NCBI GenBank assembly: GCA_012295275.1
Contig: CM022665.1
Location: 11,160,001 to 11,224,000, forward strand
Length of the DNA stretch: 64,000 nt
Reading direction: 5' to 3'
DNA from: Chrysomallon squamiferum
Taxonomy: Eukaryota; Animalia; Mollusca
Part shown: positions 14,426 through 63,513 of the stretch, piece after piece
Layout: each line of letters starts with the position of its first letter
How positions within the stretch are numbered: the first letter of the stretch is position 1
Program-made: the position numbers and the translations under genes
Notes under the pieces: model-generated
Databases searched by the model: none
What the model saw: only the letters and a program-made list of their open reading frames with translations
Told to the model about the DNA's origin: nothing

Positions 14426-15828
14426 TTGAAGTTTTAGGACTGCTCAATCAACAGAAGGAAAAAGAGCTAAATGTATGTTTGTGTCCCTATAACAAATAAA
14501 GTTGTAAACTGAAATAGTTATTGAATAAATATTTTTAAACATCATAAAGACAAGAATATAAAGTATACAGAATCTGATGCCATGATGTTTATAAGCAAAC
14601 ACTGATTTGAAGTTTACAGATAAGTAAACTATTGCCATTATTTCCAAGATTAAAGTTTGTTTAGACCGTCAGTTTCAATCATTCAAATTCACACCTATTA
14701 TTTAAATATTTATGATCCATTTATGGTGAAAATGATTTTAATTATAATTCTGTTTTTTAATTCTGCTAACAATCTCTCTTGATTGCTACTGAACATACAA
14801 TGTCTGGAGTAAACTGAATAATCCTAAATGGATTCATAGGTTGCAATTGTTGATAATTATAACAATGAAATGCTGTAGTTAAACAAATGTTACCTCATTT
14901 TAAACTGACAAGTAGGTTATATGAAGATGTCAGATTATAAGAAGAAACAATCTTTTGGCGGTAAACTTAAAGACAGATGTTGGAAATTATTTTCATGTAC
15001 ATAAGAATATATTTCGAAAAAACATTTTTTTTATTTTTTTATATTCATATGATACTACAGAAAATACCATAAATACAACAGAAATTTTGTTAATAACTGA
15101 TACATTTTAGTCAGTCTTTTTTTTACTATGTTGGAGCTAACTTAACTAATCATATACGAAAATGTAGTAACCTGATTTTTGTTTTAATGATGAAACCTCT
15201 TCCAAGTTATACCTATGGGCCTTGTTTATTATTGTTTTTTGTTAGGGTTATTTGTCTAAAATATGCAAGTTTAATTTTGATTTAACAAAGACCTGTGTCT
15301 ATCATGATGAATGTTTTTGTTTTGTTATTTATTTATTTTATTTTATTTTTTAGTAGTACACAGTAAATCCTTAAAAACTGTTTCAGACACACAAATTACT
15401 TAGCAGAGTCCACATTCCATCTGATGTTAATTGTAAACTTAAAACAGCATTATACATTATCTGCTGCAAACAATTTATTTTCTTCTACTTATTATTTATT
15501 TTAATTAACATTTAAATTTTTAATATTTTAAAAATTGAAAAACAAGGTAAGGTAAAATATAGATTTATAGCTAAAGCTGGGTATAATAATATTTATTATC
15601 TTAACAAACAAGTTTACGCTCGAATATGAACAGAATTATGTGAATACACTTATACAGGTTAAACTTAAGGGTTTGATAGTGGCTGTTAAAATAGATCAAT
15701 GTACTACTCTTTATTATTGATATTTCACGACAAGATTTAATAGAAAGCAGTTTGAAAATAACAGCCACGTAACAATTTAATAATGATTTGTTTTATTTTA
15801 AGATCAGTTATACGCTGAACTTTAGCTT

Positions 15829-16253
15829 GTTTATCATGGCAACACATTTGACTTTTTTTCAATATTAAATAAAAATGTAGGAATAAACTTAAGAAATATA
15901 ATAATAATGTTAGCAGTATATTACCGAATCATATCGTGGGACAGCAAACGTTAAATCTGAGATCATCTAGTATGTTAACCAATGATTAGGAAGAAAATTA
16001 AAAAAGAGATAATCCTTAACAATTTGCAACGAATGTTTCTCGGTTTCTGTGCCCGGAATGCCAAACGGAAATTACGCAGACATTTCAACTTCCGGTTAGT
16101 ACTTACTTGTTCTCGGCATGTCATTGAAATACGTCCACATTTGATATAGGGGTGGCCCTTACTAAAATATGGTTAACATTTCTTAGCTTCATCAAAGAGA
16201 TTGACAACGTGGTCTTTTTTAAGACCGGTGGGCATAGAGCTGATATATCAGAG
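15829..16253. promoter_or_regulatory. Bidirectional promoter region of ARMC2 and TMEM161, with putative non-coding first exons
   Basis: Local CpG enrichment; ETS-like motifs CCGGAA (16053-16058), CGGAA (16066-16070) and ACTTCCGG (16088-16095); minus-strand donor G|GTAATA ending an exon at 15925; plus-strand donor GAG|GTAATA ending an exon at 16253; RFX X-box-like GTTTATCATGGCAAC at 15829-15843. Confidence 0.6.
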
Positions 16254-16937
16254 GTAATAGCTCTGAATATTTAATTCGTAAGTTTATTAATTAACTATTA
16301 AGGAACTATTTCGTTCATTAAAGATGTTATACATATATAGTTATATACTATTACAAAGTAGTAGTATCATAAGTATGTATTAATATTATAAATATAGATC
16401 TAAATTACATAAACTTGATTTATAAAGATAACTTGGTTAGCACCTAATGTCCTAAATGAGTAGCGCAATCACTAATATTATATAATTTTGTCCACACTGG
16501 AACAAAGTATTATTCCGAGTGCGTAAAATGTTCTTCAGTGCTTGGCTTCTTTGGTATCGTCTTTAACTTCATCAAATTGATAAAGCCTTTTATATGCATT
16601 TATTATTCTTTAAAAAGATTTAGAAATATTTTGCATTTGATTCTGCCTATCCAAAAAAAAACTAGCTGCACTGCAGTTAAAGCCTTGCACCAAAGCATAA
16701 GATAATGGGTATATTAACGTGTTTTTTTTTTGTGTTTTTTTGTTTTTATACACATTTATACCTGTCCAGTTACAGTGTTTAGTTAAATATAGCAAAAGTA
16801 GTAACAGACTCATGATAACTAAATTTGAAAATATAAAGTTCAACATCTTAGCATTCTTATAATTTTATGTTTGCATGATATGTATTCTGATACATATTTG
16901 TGGTTGCATTTTCAGACTGCAAAAAAAGAAAAAGAAA

Positions 16938-18443
16938 ATGGCTGTTTTGGGGCTTCAGTTTGTCTTTAGCTTGGTAATGTTTAGCTTTTTCCAGAAACTG
17001 TCACCATTTTATTCTTTTGGAAGATGGTTACTGTCAAACCGGTTGGTACGCTATCTCCACCCAACTGATGAAGAACTCAGAAGTCTGGCAGGAATATCTC
17101 AAGGTGGAGGTTGGAAAGGCAAAGGTCGTCGCAATGAGTACAAAAAGATGCTGAACAGTAAAAGTAAAGGTGATAGTTTTAATGTGCCAAGAAGTCTTCC
17201 AATACAACTGGAATCTGCAAAGATAGACGCCATAGATTTGTTGCCTTTGCATTTCTATTCTGACTACCAGTGGCTTGTTGATTTTTCTTTAGGAGCAACA
17301 ATTGTGTATTTTTTGACAGAAATATATTTTGCTCTTAGTTCACATAAAATTGAATTCAATGTGAGCATTCTGTGGTGCTTGTTGACAATAGGTTTTTGTC
17401 TGCGAATACTATGGTCACAGATGTTGTGGTATTTTAAAGTGGAAGAAGGAGGGGAAAGGACACTGTGTATGACATTTGGCTTCTTTTATCTTGTCTTGGC
17501 AATGGGAATTCTAGTTGTTGGCAATGACATTCTAGAATTTGGACTAGAAGAGGGTTATGACGACTTCTCAGGAAATGCTGTAGAATTTCTCAAACAACAA
17601 GGAGTGGAATCGCAAGGACCAGTGTCCCGTTTAACTTTCAAAATCGTGCTAGCATTCATCTGTGCTTTTATTGGTGCTTTCCTTACATTTCCTGGCCTCA
17701 GGATGGCCAAACTGCATTTAGATTCTTTAAAATATGCCAATGAAAATTTACTAAAACAACTAATCATCTATGCTAATTTTCTTCTCCCATTGTTAATAAT
17801 AATTTCCTGGGTGAAGCCAATTGGTCGAGACATTCTTTGTGGACATAACTGGACATATTATCCTCGTAATGTTGTTTTAAGTGACGAAGCCTTTGACAGT
17901 GCACGTCTGCTGATTGTTGTGATTTTCTTTGTTATACGCTTGTTACTACTGCCCACTCACATGCAGTCTCATCTGAACCTTGCCCATGAGAAAATAGAAC
18001 AACTGAAGAAAGAGAGTGGTAAAATCAGCAGCCTGGAACTGCAGAAGATGGTTGCTCGTGTTTTCTACTACCTGTGTGTTGTTGCTGTTCAGTATATCAC
18101 GCCTGCCATACTTATTCTTTTCTTGACATTTCTTCTCAAGACGCTGGGCAATTACTCATGGACATCGGTCCTTGGTGACAGTGTGACTGCCATATGGTCA
18201 AAAACAAATGTATCACCAGGCATGGTAGAACCTCCTATTAGTACTAACAATGCCTCAACAAACATGGAAAGTATTGTAGAAACAGCTGCAAAGTTTACCT
18301 GGGCGCTGGGTAATATGCGAAATATTTTCACGCCTCTTTGGTATCGTGGACTTCTTTCACTGCTGTCCTGGTGGGTGTGTTTTTCCTGGTTCCTCAGCAC
18401 AGTGTTTGGCTTGATGTATTACACCCAGATTCAAAAAGCTTAG
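16938..18443 (+). CDS. TMEM161B: TMEM161-family multi-pass membrane protein (TMEM161B-like), 501 aa, single coding exon
   Basis: Uninterrupted ORF. The start MAVLGLQFVFSLVM matches the family N-terminus, with motifs LVRYLHPTDEEL, YQWLVDF, GGERTLC, GAFLTFPGLRMA and VFYYLCVVAVQY. A splice acceptor TTTCAG at 16910-16915 means the ORF-track extension 16875-16937 is intron plus 5' UTR. The A versus B paralog label is nominal for an invertebrate. Confidence 0.93.
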   Translation: MAVLGLQFVFSLVMFSFFQKLSPFYSFGRWLLSNRLVRYLHPTDEELRSLAGISQGGGWKGKGRRNEYKKMLNSKSKGDSFNVPRSLPIQLESAKIDAIDLLPLHFYSDYQWLVDFSLGATIVYFLTEIYFALSSHKIEFNVSILWCLLTIGFCLRILWSQMLWYFKVEEGGERTLCMTFGFFYLVLAMGILVVGNDILEFGLEEGYDDFSGNAVEFLKQQGVESQGPVSRLTFKIVLAFICAFIGAFLTFPGLRMAKLHLDSLKYANENLLKQLIIYANFLLPLLIIISWVKPIGRDILCGHNWTYYPRNVVLSDEAFDSARLLIVVIFFVIRLLLLPTHMQSHLNLAHEKIEQLKKESGKISSLELQKMVARVFYYLCVVAVQYITPAILILFLTFLLKTLGNYSWTSVLGDSVTAIWSKTNVSPGMVEPPISTNNASTNMESIVETAAKFTWALGNMRNIFTPLWYRGLLSLLSWWVCFSWFLSTVFGLMYYTQIQKA

Positions 18444-20639
18444 GTTGTTTTTGTTTGTTTTTTTACCCTATCTTTATAAATAATTTAATGAATACAAAGC
18501 ATGAAGATTTGTCTTTTTAATTTTCTTTTAAAACTTTTTATATATTTAGGAGTGTATAGAATTTTTTTTCTTAAATTCCAAAAGCCCATAATGAATATTT
18601 ATTGTTTCCTAGCCAGTTGTTAATTTTCTTCATTTTACATGAGCCATTTTAATTAATCATTAATTTAATGTAACAAATCATGTTTAAGATTGAATATAAC
18701 ATTTATATTAATTAGTTTTGTTCATTTACTATAGCAATACATTTCGGTTCAAAGTATTAAGATATTTAATTATGTACTGTTTTAGCAATGTATTTAATGA
18801 TTTATTTACATGAAAAATTGTTTTACATATCAAAATGTAGGTTTGTTCAGTAAATATACCTCTGATTTTAGAGGATTTGTTGAAAATTTAATAGGTCTGT
18901 AAATAGTGCAGAATAACCATTATCTATGAACCATATTTTTTACAATATATATATATATATTTACTTGATAAATCTGCCTCAGTATTTTTTAATATCATGT
19001 GGTAAATAATTAAATTTAAAAAATGTTGATACTGATCTGCTGGACAATAAATAGGTTTACTAAAAAGGAAAAAAAATATAACTTTTACACCTATCAACCA
19101 GTTTTTTGTACTGGCTGGTGTATGCATGCATACATAAACATATTATATACTGTGTATAAGTAATAGTTTACCTGATATTTTAATGACATATGAATATCAT
19201 TGATGGTTTTTATGAGATTTCATGATCACCAATTCAACATTTTTGTAAGGTTGTTTTAATTTTTAAACATATTTCATACCACAACTCTGACCCAAATATG
19301 ACTTATTATAAAGATACTTGGTAAGTAACAATTACATAAAAATAAAAATAGTAATAAATAACAAAAACAAAACAACAGATTTAGTATTAATTAATACTTA
19401 ATTATATGACTTTACCAAGCTTGTTTTTGAGGAACCAAACGCAAAAAAAAGGGGGCAATTTAAAAACAAATGTAGATCTAAGTAATTTATTCTGGATTGA
19501 CTGTTGATCAGTTCAAATTTTATATACATTTCATAGTTACATTTAGTTACTTTTTGATTATATCTCTCAAATTTTATTTATTATTATTTTTTTATATAAT
19601 TTAGCATAACCTCCTTATTTCTAAGAAATAAATAAAATTAGTGATGAGCATTGTAATTTTTATAATTAACTGTTTAAATAAAATGGAGTGAAATAAAGTA
19701 CCCTAGTGTGAATGTGATATCTAGTATTACTATTGATTCATTTGTTGAATGATTTTGTGTTCTGGGAATGTTTAGAATATTATATTTCATTGGAACTTTG
19801 TATACAATGTTTTTATGTCATTTTTGAGATAATAAACATTTATTCAGAAACAAAGAAAATCTGGTTGTGATTTTGTATTAAAAATAAATGCTAGTATTTT
19901 CTGCATTACAGAACATTAAGATGGTATAATTTATTGGATTTCATTGGTTTCCAGTTTTGACTACTTAAATAACGGTAACTGTTGACAATTCATGTATATA
20001 TTTCTTATGAAATATTTTTTTTTAAATTTCTTCAGATTATTTTTTAAATTCACCAAAATTTATATTAAAGTAATGTGAACAGCAATATATTAAGATATAC
20101 AAAACCAAAACAAAAGTAAAAAAATATTTGCCATCCATCCCAGCAAACCTACTTTCTGACCTTAATTTGTTTTTCTTATTCATATCCTGCTTCCTTTTAT
20201 CTCCTTTCAAACCAGCTAGAAGTTTTTTATAAACCATTTCATTATGGAAATGATGGGTGTGTATATTAAAGAAAATAGTCATAAAATGAATGAGTAATAT
20301 ATACCAAAAAGAATTTCTGCTGTTATGCCAATAAAAGTTTAAAAAATATAAAAATAAGAATAATTCAATCATTTTTATAATCAAAGGGAAACAACTGCAT
20401 CACTGTTACTTTGGAATGCAAAAAACAAACATGTCAACATAAATTTTTGTATTAAAATAATTTTGTATTTTAACTGAAAAATGGAAAATCCATTCAAAAT
20501 GTAAACAATTTATATTATTTTCCTTTATTTTATTTAAATGTTTTATATATATATATATACTCATGCTCAGAAAGTAAACTTTTAGGAATGAACTATAAAT
20601 TCCTCCAGAAGGTGCGAAAAGCAAAGAATTAGGACAACT

Positions 20640-21330
20640 TTAACATCTGAAAAAAAAAAAAGATGCTCCGTCATCAGACTGTTCAAAAGGTGGAGCAGTT
20701 TTATAGGAGGAGTGACATTTCTCATACTCAGCCAGATGTGCAAAGTGCAAAGAAAGGATCCAAGGATAAGTATCCAGTGGCAAGGCGGGTGATGGATATG
20801 TCAATGGCAGCAGCATACGAAATGTTTAAACAGCTGAGACCCAAAGATGTCCTGCCCTCAACACGCACAAGAAAACAGAACTACCTCTGCAAGTATTGCA
20901 CAAATGTTGATCTTAAACTTGAGGGGATTGGTTGCTTTGCAGCATCTCAGTGTTTTCACGATTTAATATACAAAGATAGTTATGACCTGTCCCAATCAAC
21001 TCTGTTCCAAGAAGTGAGGATGGTGAGTACAAGATGGCATGCCTTGAAAGGAAATGCACAGCCTGTGGGACATCTGCCACTGAAATTAAGCTATGTCCTC
21101 TAGTAGAGACCCACATTGAACAACAAGTGGTTTTCTTCAAAGGTCACCAAGAAGCTGACTAGACAGAGAAAAACCCTACTGGCTCCTGATTTCGTCAAAG
21201 AACTGATGGAAGAGGCAGCCAGCATATCAAAACACCTCTTCAATGCCAGATGGCAAGGCTAACAGTATGATGCAGTCTCCAGTGATGTACCAGCAGACTA
21301 GGAAAAGTTGAACTCTGCATATGTTGTCAG
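20640..21330 (+). mobile_element. Degenerate DNA-transposase-like coding remnant, superfamily uncertain
   Basis: GC-richer island between TMEM161 and DHDDS. ORF 20663-21103 (VEQFYRRSDIS..AYEMFKQLRPKDV..LCKYCTNVDLKL) is followed by a frameshifted, stop-containing ISKHLFNARWQ segment. These resemble invertebrate transposase-derived proteins from memory. No splice structure or TIRs were identified. Confidence 0.55.
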
Positions 21331-22962
21331 TTATGGTGTCCACAACTTTATTGCCATACTACCACATCATATGTGAATATTTTTTTTGATCTCTCAATTA
21401 TATAGAAATGAGATACCAAAACACACCAATTACATCAATATGCATTTCATTAAATCAATTTATTCATTGTATTACTGGATTAAAATGTCTTGTAACTTAC
21501 ATCACCAACAGTATTTGCCTGATTTCACACCCTCACTACAGTCAAGTGAACAAGACAATGACAACCTTTGCTTCAGTATTAGTTGAAAACAAGTTTTATC
21601 TAATATCTCGACTAGTTTTTTTAATGACTTTCTCCTCATTTTTTGGCTCCACATATATAAATTTAATACATGCTCAAATATTTTGTTCCAATGTGCAGAA
21701 TTCCTGAAACAGATCCTTTTTTTTTTTTTCTTTTTTTTTATAAAAGCAAAAATGCTTTGTTCAGTTATGTGATGGGTATTTAATTATTTCCTTTGAATTT
21801 TGTTACGTCTTTACAATTTTGTAATTAATAAACTGACATTCTGAGAACAATGGGAGAAACTATAGTCAGGCATTTTTTATTTTTTATTTTTTATTTTTTA
21901 CATATTTGCAAGGAATGTTACCAGCAAGTGTTGTGTACAAATTAAAAAAAAATTTAATATCAAGGAACACATTATTATAGCATTACAATATGCTAATTTA
22001 TTTTCTCATTATTATTTTTTTTTATTTTGTCAACATGAAGCTAAAAATATAATTTTTAACATTTCACAACCTAATCCCAAAGTAAAAAAATTGTACCACT
22101 TTTGAAACTCAAATATATGTAAGTGAAAAGGGATTTAATATTTTCAAGTGCCTTGTACAATTTCATGTATTCAAATCTTATCGAATATCAAGGAAAATAT
22201 TGATGTTATCTTGAATTCATCTTGCAAAACATATATCTGTTATGGTACACTAACAAAAGTTAATTCAGTATTATTTACTAGTGTCAACTAATTTTTGCTA
22301 ATAATCTGTATAACAGTAAATTAACAAGCTCCTGAATAAACATGAGCTAATGTTTTCTTCTTATCCATTCAATACATAAATGAAAATATAAAACATTAGA
22401 ATACACTCAGTCTTTCCAGATTTTATACATTTCTCTGAAAGTAATATCACAAAGAAAAACCCCAACCCCCCAAAAAAACATAAGTAAAAATGTCCTAATA
22501 AGCTTTTTTAATTGTTATCCTTTAAAATCATCAAAAATAAATTATTTGTGCTATATAAGATTTTTTTTGATAACACAGACCCTTATACAGCAGAGATACC
22601 AGTTATGAAAATGTTTCAGACAAAATGACCACATTTGGCATTTATATTAACAACTGAATATATTTCATTACTTTTGTTATTTCTTAAAATCAGTAAGTTT
22701 CTGCATCAAGTTAAATTGTGAGAAACATGATAGTGGTTATTTTGAAAACAAATTTCCAACATATTTGACTTTCTTGCTTTTTATATTTCATGATTTTTAT
22801 TATCTTTTGAAGTTAATGTATTTCTGCATAATGTCAAATTAAGAGATATACAAAACTGGTTGTTTTGAAACCAGATTATTCAGCATATTTGACTTTCTTG
22901 TTTCTTGTATTAATAGGCTGAATATATTTCATTATTTGTATTATCTTTTGTATCAAGTTAAA

Positions 22963-33750
<10,788 letters not shown>

Positions 33751-35089
33751 TGCTGAAATGAAATTGAAAAATTTAAATACACTATAGAGATGGGAAAAGC
33801 TCATTTTTGTTTGCATAGTGTTATTTTTTATAATTTATGAAATTTCATTCCAATGTTTATTTACATCATATTTTCACAAATCTCTATCTTAGTACAACTT
33901 ACATCATTGTTTTGAAGGTTTAATATTAGGGAATTATATACAGGGATCAGGAAAGTTTGTTTTCATCCTCTGATTGAAAATCATAACAGACAAACATCAC
34001 TAAAATATATGACCAATAAACAAAAAATGTCTAATGTGAAATCTTTCTTTACAATAAGAGGTAGCATGCCATTTATCTAGATCCAAGGAAACAGACTTTA
34101 GAAGCAGATTAAATTGTATTGGTTAAATCCAATTTTATTTATTTTATTTTTTTAATTAATATATTAAGCCAGGGATCAGAAAACAGGGTAATCCAGAAAT
34201 CTGGGTCATATCCAGTCTAAAGCTTGCTGGATAAACAGTCTGTAGTAAGTTTTCAAAACATCTCCTGTCCATTAATCTTACTGAAAATTCCCAGATTTAG
34301 AAAAGATACAAATGGTCTGGATAATATTTACAACAAATTAAATTTTAAGTATAATTATTAAAACATTTAGTTATTAAAAAGTAAATAAAAAAACAACACA
34401 GCTATAATAATCATGTACAACTGAGCAAAATCTAGTCTTGAGCGCTACAAAATTAAAAACGAAAAAAAAGAAACCCCTAAACTACTGATAATTTATAAGA
34501 ATAATAATAATTAAAAAAATAATAAAACATAATAACAACATTAAGGAATTCATATAATTTTAATAATAATTATTTAAAAAAAAAAAAAAAAATAATAATA
34601 ATAAAAAATTGAGAAAGATTTATTTTATATAATTATATCAACAATTCAAAAGGGATTGGTCGACCGGAAAAAAAGGAAAAAAAAGAAAACAAAATTGGTT
34701 TTGGTACAAACTCCGTGTGATTTTACCAGTAGCCTTATATATTTAAATTAGTAATTTTAAAATATAATCTAGCATGACTATTTGAGAATTAGTAATTTCA
34801 AAATATCACATTTATTGACCATTCTTTCATACAATGTTAGATTTACAGAGATTATGTTGAGCGAATCATCCCGTCTTGCGCCTTGTACGTGTCATATAAT
34901 TGTGGGACATCCCTCGATATTAACAACAAATAATGTAACTACACCAAATAATATTGTTAATATAATACTAATTGATCTGTAATTGATTATATTTAATCAT
35001 CACCTGATTTCTCTACATACAGAGCATTCAAATCGATTTCTTAGTCAAAAGTTGACAGAAAAATAACACGATTTATGTTAACTATTCAC

Positions 35090-35436
35090 ATGAATAAGTC
35101 CGGGATATCCCCGTTCCGTGACGTCACACTCACCTGCTGGCTTTTCTACAAAATAGAGCGCAGTTAAATTTCCTACTGATGAAAAACTTTAGACAATAAC
35201 ATGTTTATACGATACATATTTAATATTTTACAATATTTTGTTACATTCTGTTCATAATAACATAACTTATTAATACACTGCCTTATCAAATATTCCTACG
35301 CACCATCACGTCGCAAGTAGTTCGTGAAGTCTATGTCGTCTTTCTAAATAACACAACATGGCGGCCAATGTTAAACACAAATTACCAGTTAAATAATACA
35401 ATTTCTAAGCCTGTGCTAAGTAATGTCAAAATAACA
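35090..35436. promoter_or_regulatory. Bidirectional promoter region of DHDDS and PHIP/BRWD
   Basis: CpG-enriched; minus-strand donor CAG|GTGAGT ending a putative non-coding DHDDS exon at 35134; perfect CRE TGACGTCA at 35119-35126; YY1-like CAACATGGCGGC at 35354-35365; PHIP ATG at 35437. Confidence 0.6.
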
Positions 35437-60317
<24,881 letters not shown>

Positions 60318-63300
60318 TTGTTCAGTGCTAGTTTGAAACGGAATCATGTTCAAGCCTTAGTTATAACAAATTATCATCATTTCCCAGATGCTGTGCTAAA
60401 AGTTTGTTATTCAATATATTGGAAATGTCTGGTGAAGTGTTTTTTATTGCAATACTGTCATTTATTAATGAAAAATGTTATGACTGATGAATGAAATGGT
60501 CAGTTAAGATGAAGTAATGTGTGTTATTTACTGACAGTGAATGTCTTTATTGAAGCTACAGATCTTTTTTTATTAATGCTACAGTATTTGATCTGCAATT
60601 TTATCGACTTAATAATGCACACAAAGTGGAATTGTCTTGAAAGTTTGTGATTGAAATGTCAAGGTTGTTAGATAAAAAAATTATATGCACATTTGCTCAG
60701 TATATATTCAAGTTGGTTAATTTCATTTAATTATAACATTTAATATGCCATGTTTCTACTCCATTTTGTATATTTGTCTTTACTTTGGGTTTCTTCATAA
60801 CATTTGCTAATCATATATTGAGCTGGTTCTTCCAATTTTTGACCATGTTTCTGTATTTAATAATTTTTATAAAACATTATGAAGAAGAAACCGGTGAGAG
60901 CAAATTCTTCAAAGCAGCTTAATTTTTTTTATTAAAATAAAATAACATGTTTTGTTCCTTCTCTCATGTAGCCATTTTATAAATATATACACATGTGGGA
61001 ATATTCTTTTTTTCTCTTTAGCTTTTTGTAAATTACAAAAATAATTCCCCTGCCTTTAAACTTTAAAATAGCTATTTTAAATCTATTTTTTTTTCTTTAC
61101 AGATAGCAATGTATCATTTCTCAGTTTTGATGTCCATTTTATTCATTCATCTAATTATTACAGCTTTAAAACAAAGTCAGATTATATCTAAAGAATTTTA
61201 AAAGCCAACTGAACAATAGTTATTCAATAAATATGTATAAAATAAACAGCAGGTTGTCCTTAATAATATATTCTTTGATATATAAATAATAATGTGTATT
61301 TGAAATAAAATAATTAAGAACAAAAGTTTATAACTAAAGGTATTCATGTAAGAACTAAAAAAGTACTTGAATCACAAATTTATGAAAAAACAATATTAGT
61401 AAGGGTGAAATTACAGTAATCTTGGCATTGTCTGAAGCAAGTGACTGACAAATCAGTTCTCAAGACCTCTATATTAATATACTGCATGCAGATTTTCAGT
61501 TAATCTGATCAAGCTTTGATTTGCTTGAGTTTGTCAAATAGTAAGGATACAACTGATAAAATTCAGTTTTACAAATATGTTAAATTATTAAAATGTAATT
61601 TTCATTTGGGAGATAATTAACAGATGCAATATGATTTTAAAAATACAAATAAATGTAAAATGCTCCCTCCTTATCAAAACTGAAATTAGTTATTTTCCAA
61701 ATCACCACTGTTTCAAATGTTACCATTTATGGTTTTAAGCTATTAGTACATCAAATAATTTTACCATGGAACAACAGATTTTAATATGCACATAAAAATA
61801 TACAATACATTCTTTGTAAGAGGTAATCATTTTATTAGAAAAGTGTTCATTTACGATGGTATTGATAATATGTAAGAAATTACAACATGCATTATAATAA
61901 TTCAATTCTGAATAAAATGGTTCATATAACAATGTAATAACAGACATTCTTTAGAATGAGTGTTCATAAATTATGAAAGTTAAGTAACATTTTAAAAAAA
62001 ATGTGAGTAGCTGTATATGAATACATGAATTGGGTAAAAATATTCATACTAAGTGAATTGCAAATGATGATGTTTCAAATATGAACTGGGGAAAAGAACA
62101 TTTTAAAGCATTAATGGATAAAATTGCTTTTGTGGATAAAAACCTATAGAAAATTTGTATTTTTTAAAATTTAAAAGGCCTTTCAAAAACATATACAAAT
62201 AAAAATAACAAAAATAATTTTAATTACTCATAATAATCAGAAAGCTAACTTAATATTGAATGCTTTCTGTAAGTTATAAATAATCAGTATTATTTTTTTT
62301 ATTTTTTTTTTAAATTATTTTACTATTATTTTTTTTATTGCTATTATTATTAATTCTTTTTTATTTTTTTTACAAATTTATTCTGTGTATAAAATTAAAG
62401 TGTGTCAGAAATTCAAAGTTATCTGTTACGATGTTGAATATTGTAGCTGAAAGATTAAGTAAAAATAAATAATTGCAGAAGGAAATGAGGCAAACTGGTG
62501 CTGCTGTAGTCTCAGGGTGAAGTCACACTGTTTATTGTATTTGTTATTGTTTTCTTCTTTAATTCTGACATAATGTTCATTTAATTTCCCCACAGCAGTT
62601 TATGTGATTATGTATGTAAAAGTTATTCATTAATGTAAAAATTAGAAGTCAGTACCATAATTGTTTTAGTTAATTACTTCATTTGTATTTTATTCCTTGA
62701 AAAATGCACAAAATGTACAGATATTGTTTTGTTTTGTTGGTTTTTTTGGCGGGTAGGTTGGAAACACTAGCATTTTCCGTCCTTTGCCATATCATCACTT
62801 CCTCTTGTCATAAAATATGATAATAAAAAAAAAATCACATTATATGCAAACATATATATAATTTTTCTTAATAAATTTTTTTCCATGACTGATGTTACCA
62901 GTGTCTGCATTTCTTGATGAAATTTGCTTTTTAAGTAATTATTTTTGTGATGGAATTAAAATAATTTCACTGGTCTTTATCTTTGAAGTTTTTGTTAAAG
63001 AAAACAATAAAATTATTTAAATATTAATAAACATTCTGTTTTTGTTTTTCAGTGTTATTAAATAAATTTCCAAAACTTACCTTTTTTTTTTTTTTTTTTT
63101 TTTTTTAAGCTAATAGCTGGTGAGTTTATTGATAGTTGGATGTATATTTATATATCAAAAGGAGTGATATGTTATAAAAATGAATCTAAAAATGGGTATA
63201 TTTATTCTGAAAATTTTAAAATGTGGCCATAATCTGCAATTGATTTTCAGAAAATAAGTTCATTTGCAAAACTGCAAATATGTTATTTCTAGTTTTATAG

Positions 63301-63412
63301 ATACCATGTATCTTTGGTATGTATACCTGATATGTATGTAACGGTAAAAAGAAAATATATGCATGCTTATGTATAATATATAAATCAGATTATATATGAA
63401 ATGTATATATCT

Positions 63413-63477
63413 ATGTGTGTGAGTGTGTGTGCATGTGTGTGCATGTGTGTGTGTACATGTGTGTGTGCGTGCATGTG

Positions 63478-63513
<36 letters not shown>
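63413..63513. repeat. (GT)n-rich microsatellite
   Basis: Direct reading. Confidence 0.9.

Noticed and set aside
16875-16937. 21-aa N-terminal extension of TMEM161 in the ORF track
   Set aside because: It spans a splice acceptor at 16915, and the family N-terminus starts at ATG 16938.
17034-18400. Antisense ORFs within TMEM161
   Set aside because: Short shadow frames of a coding sequence with no independent signal.
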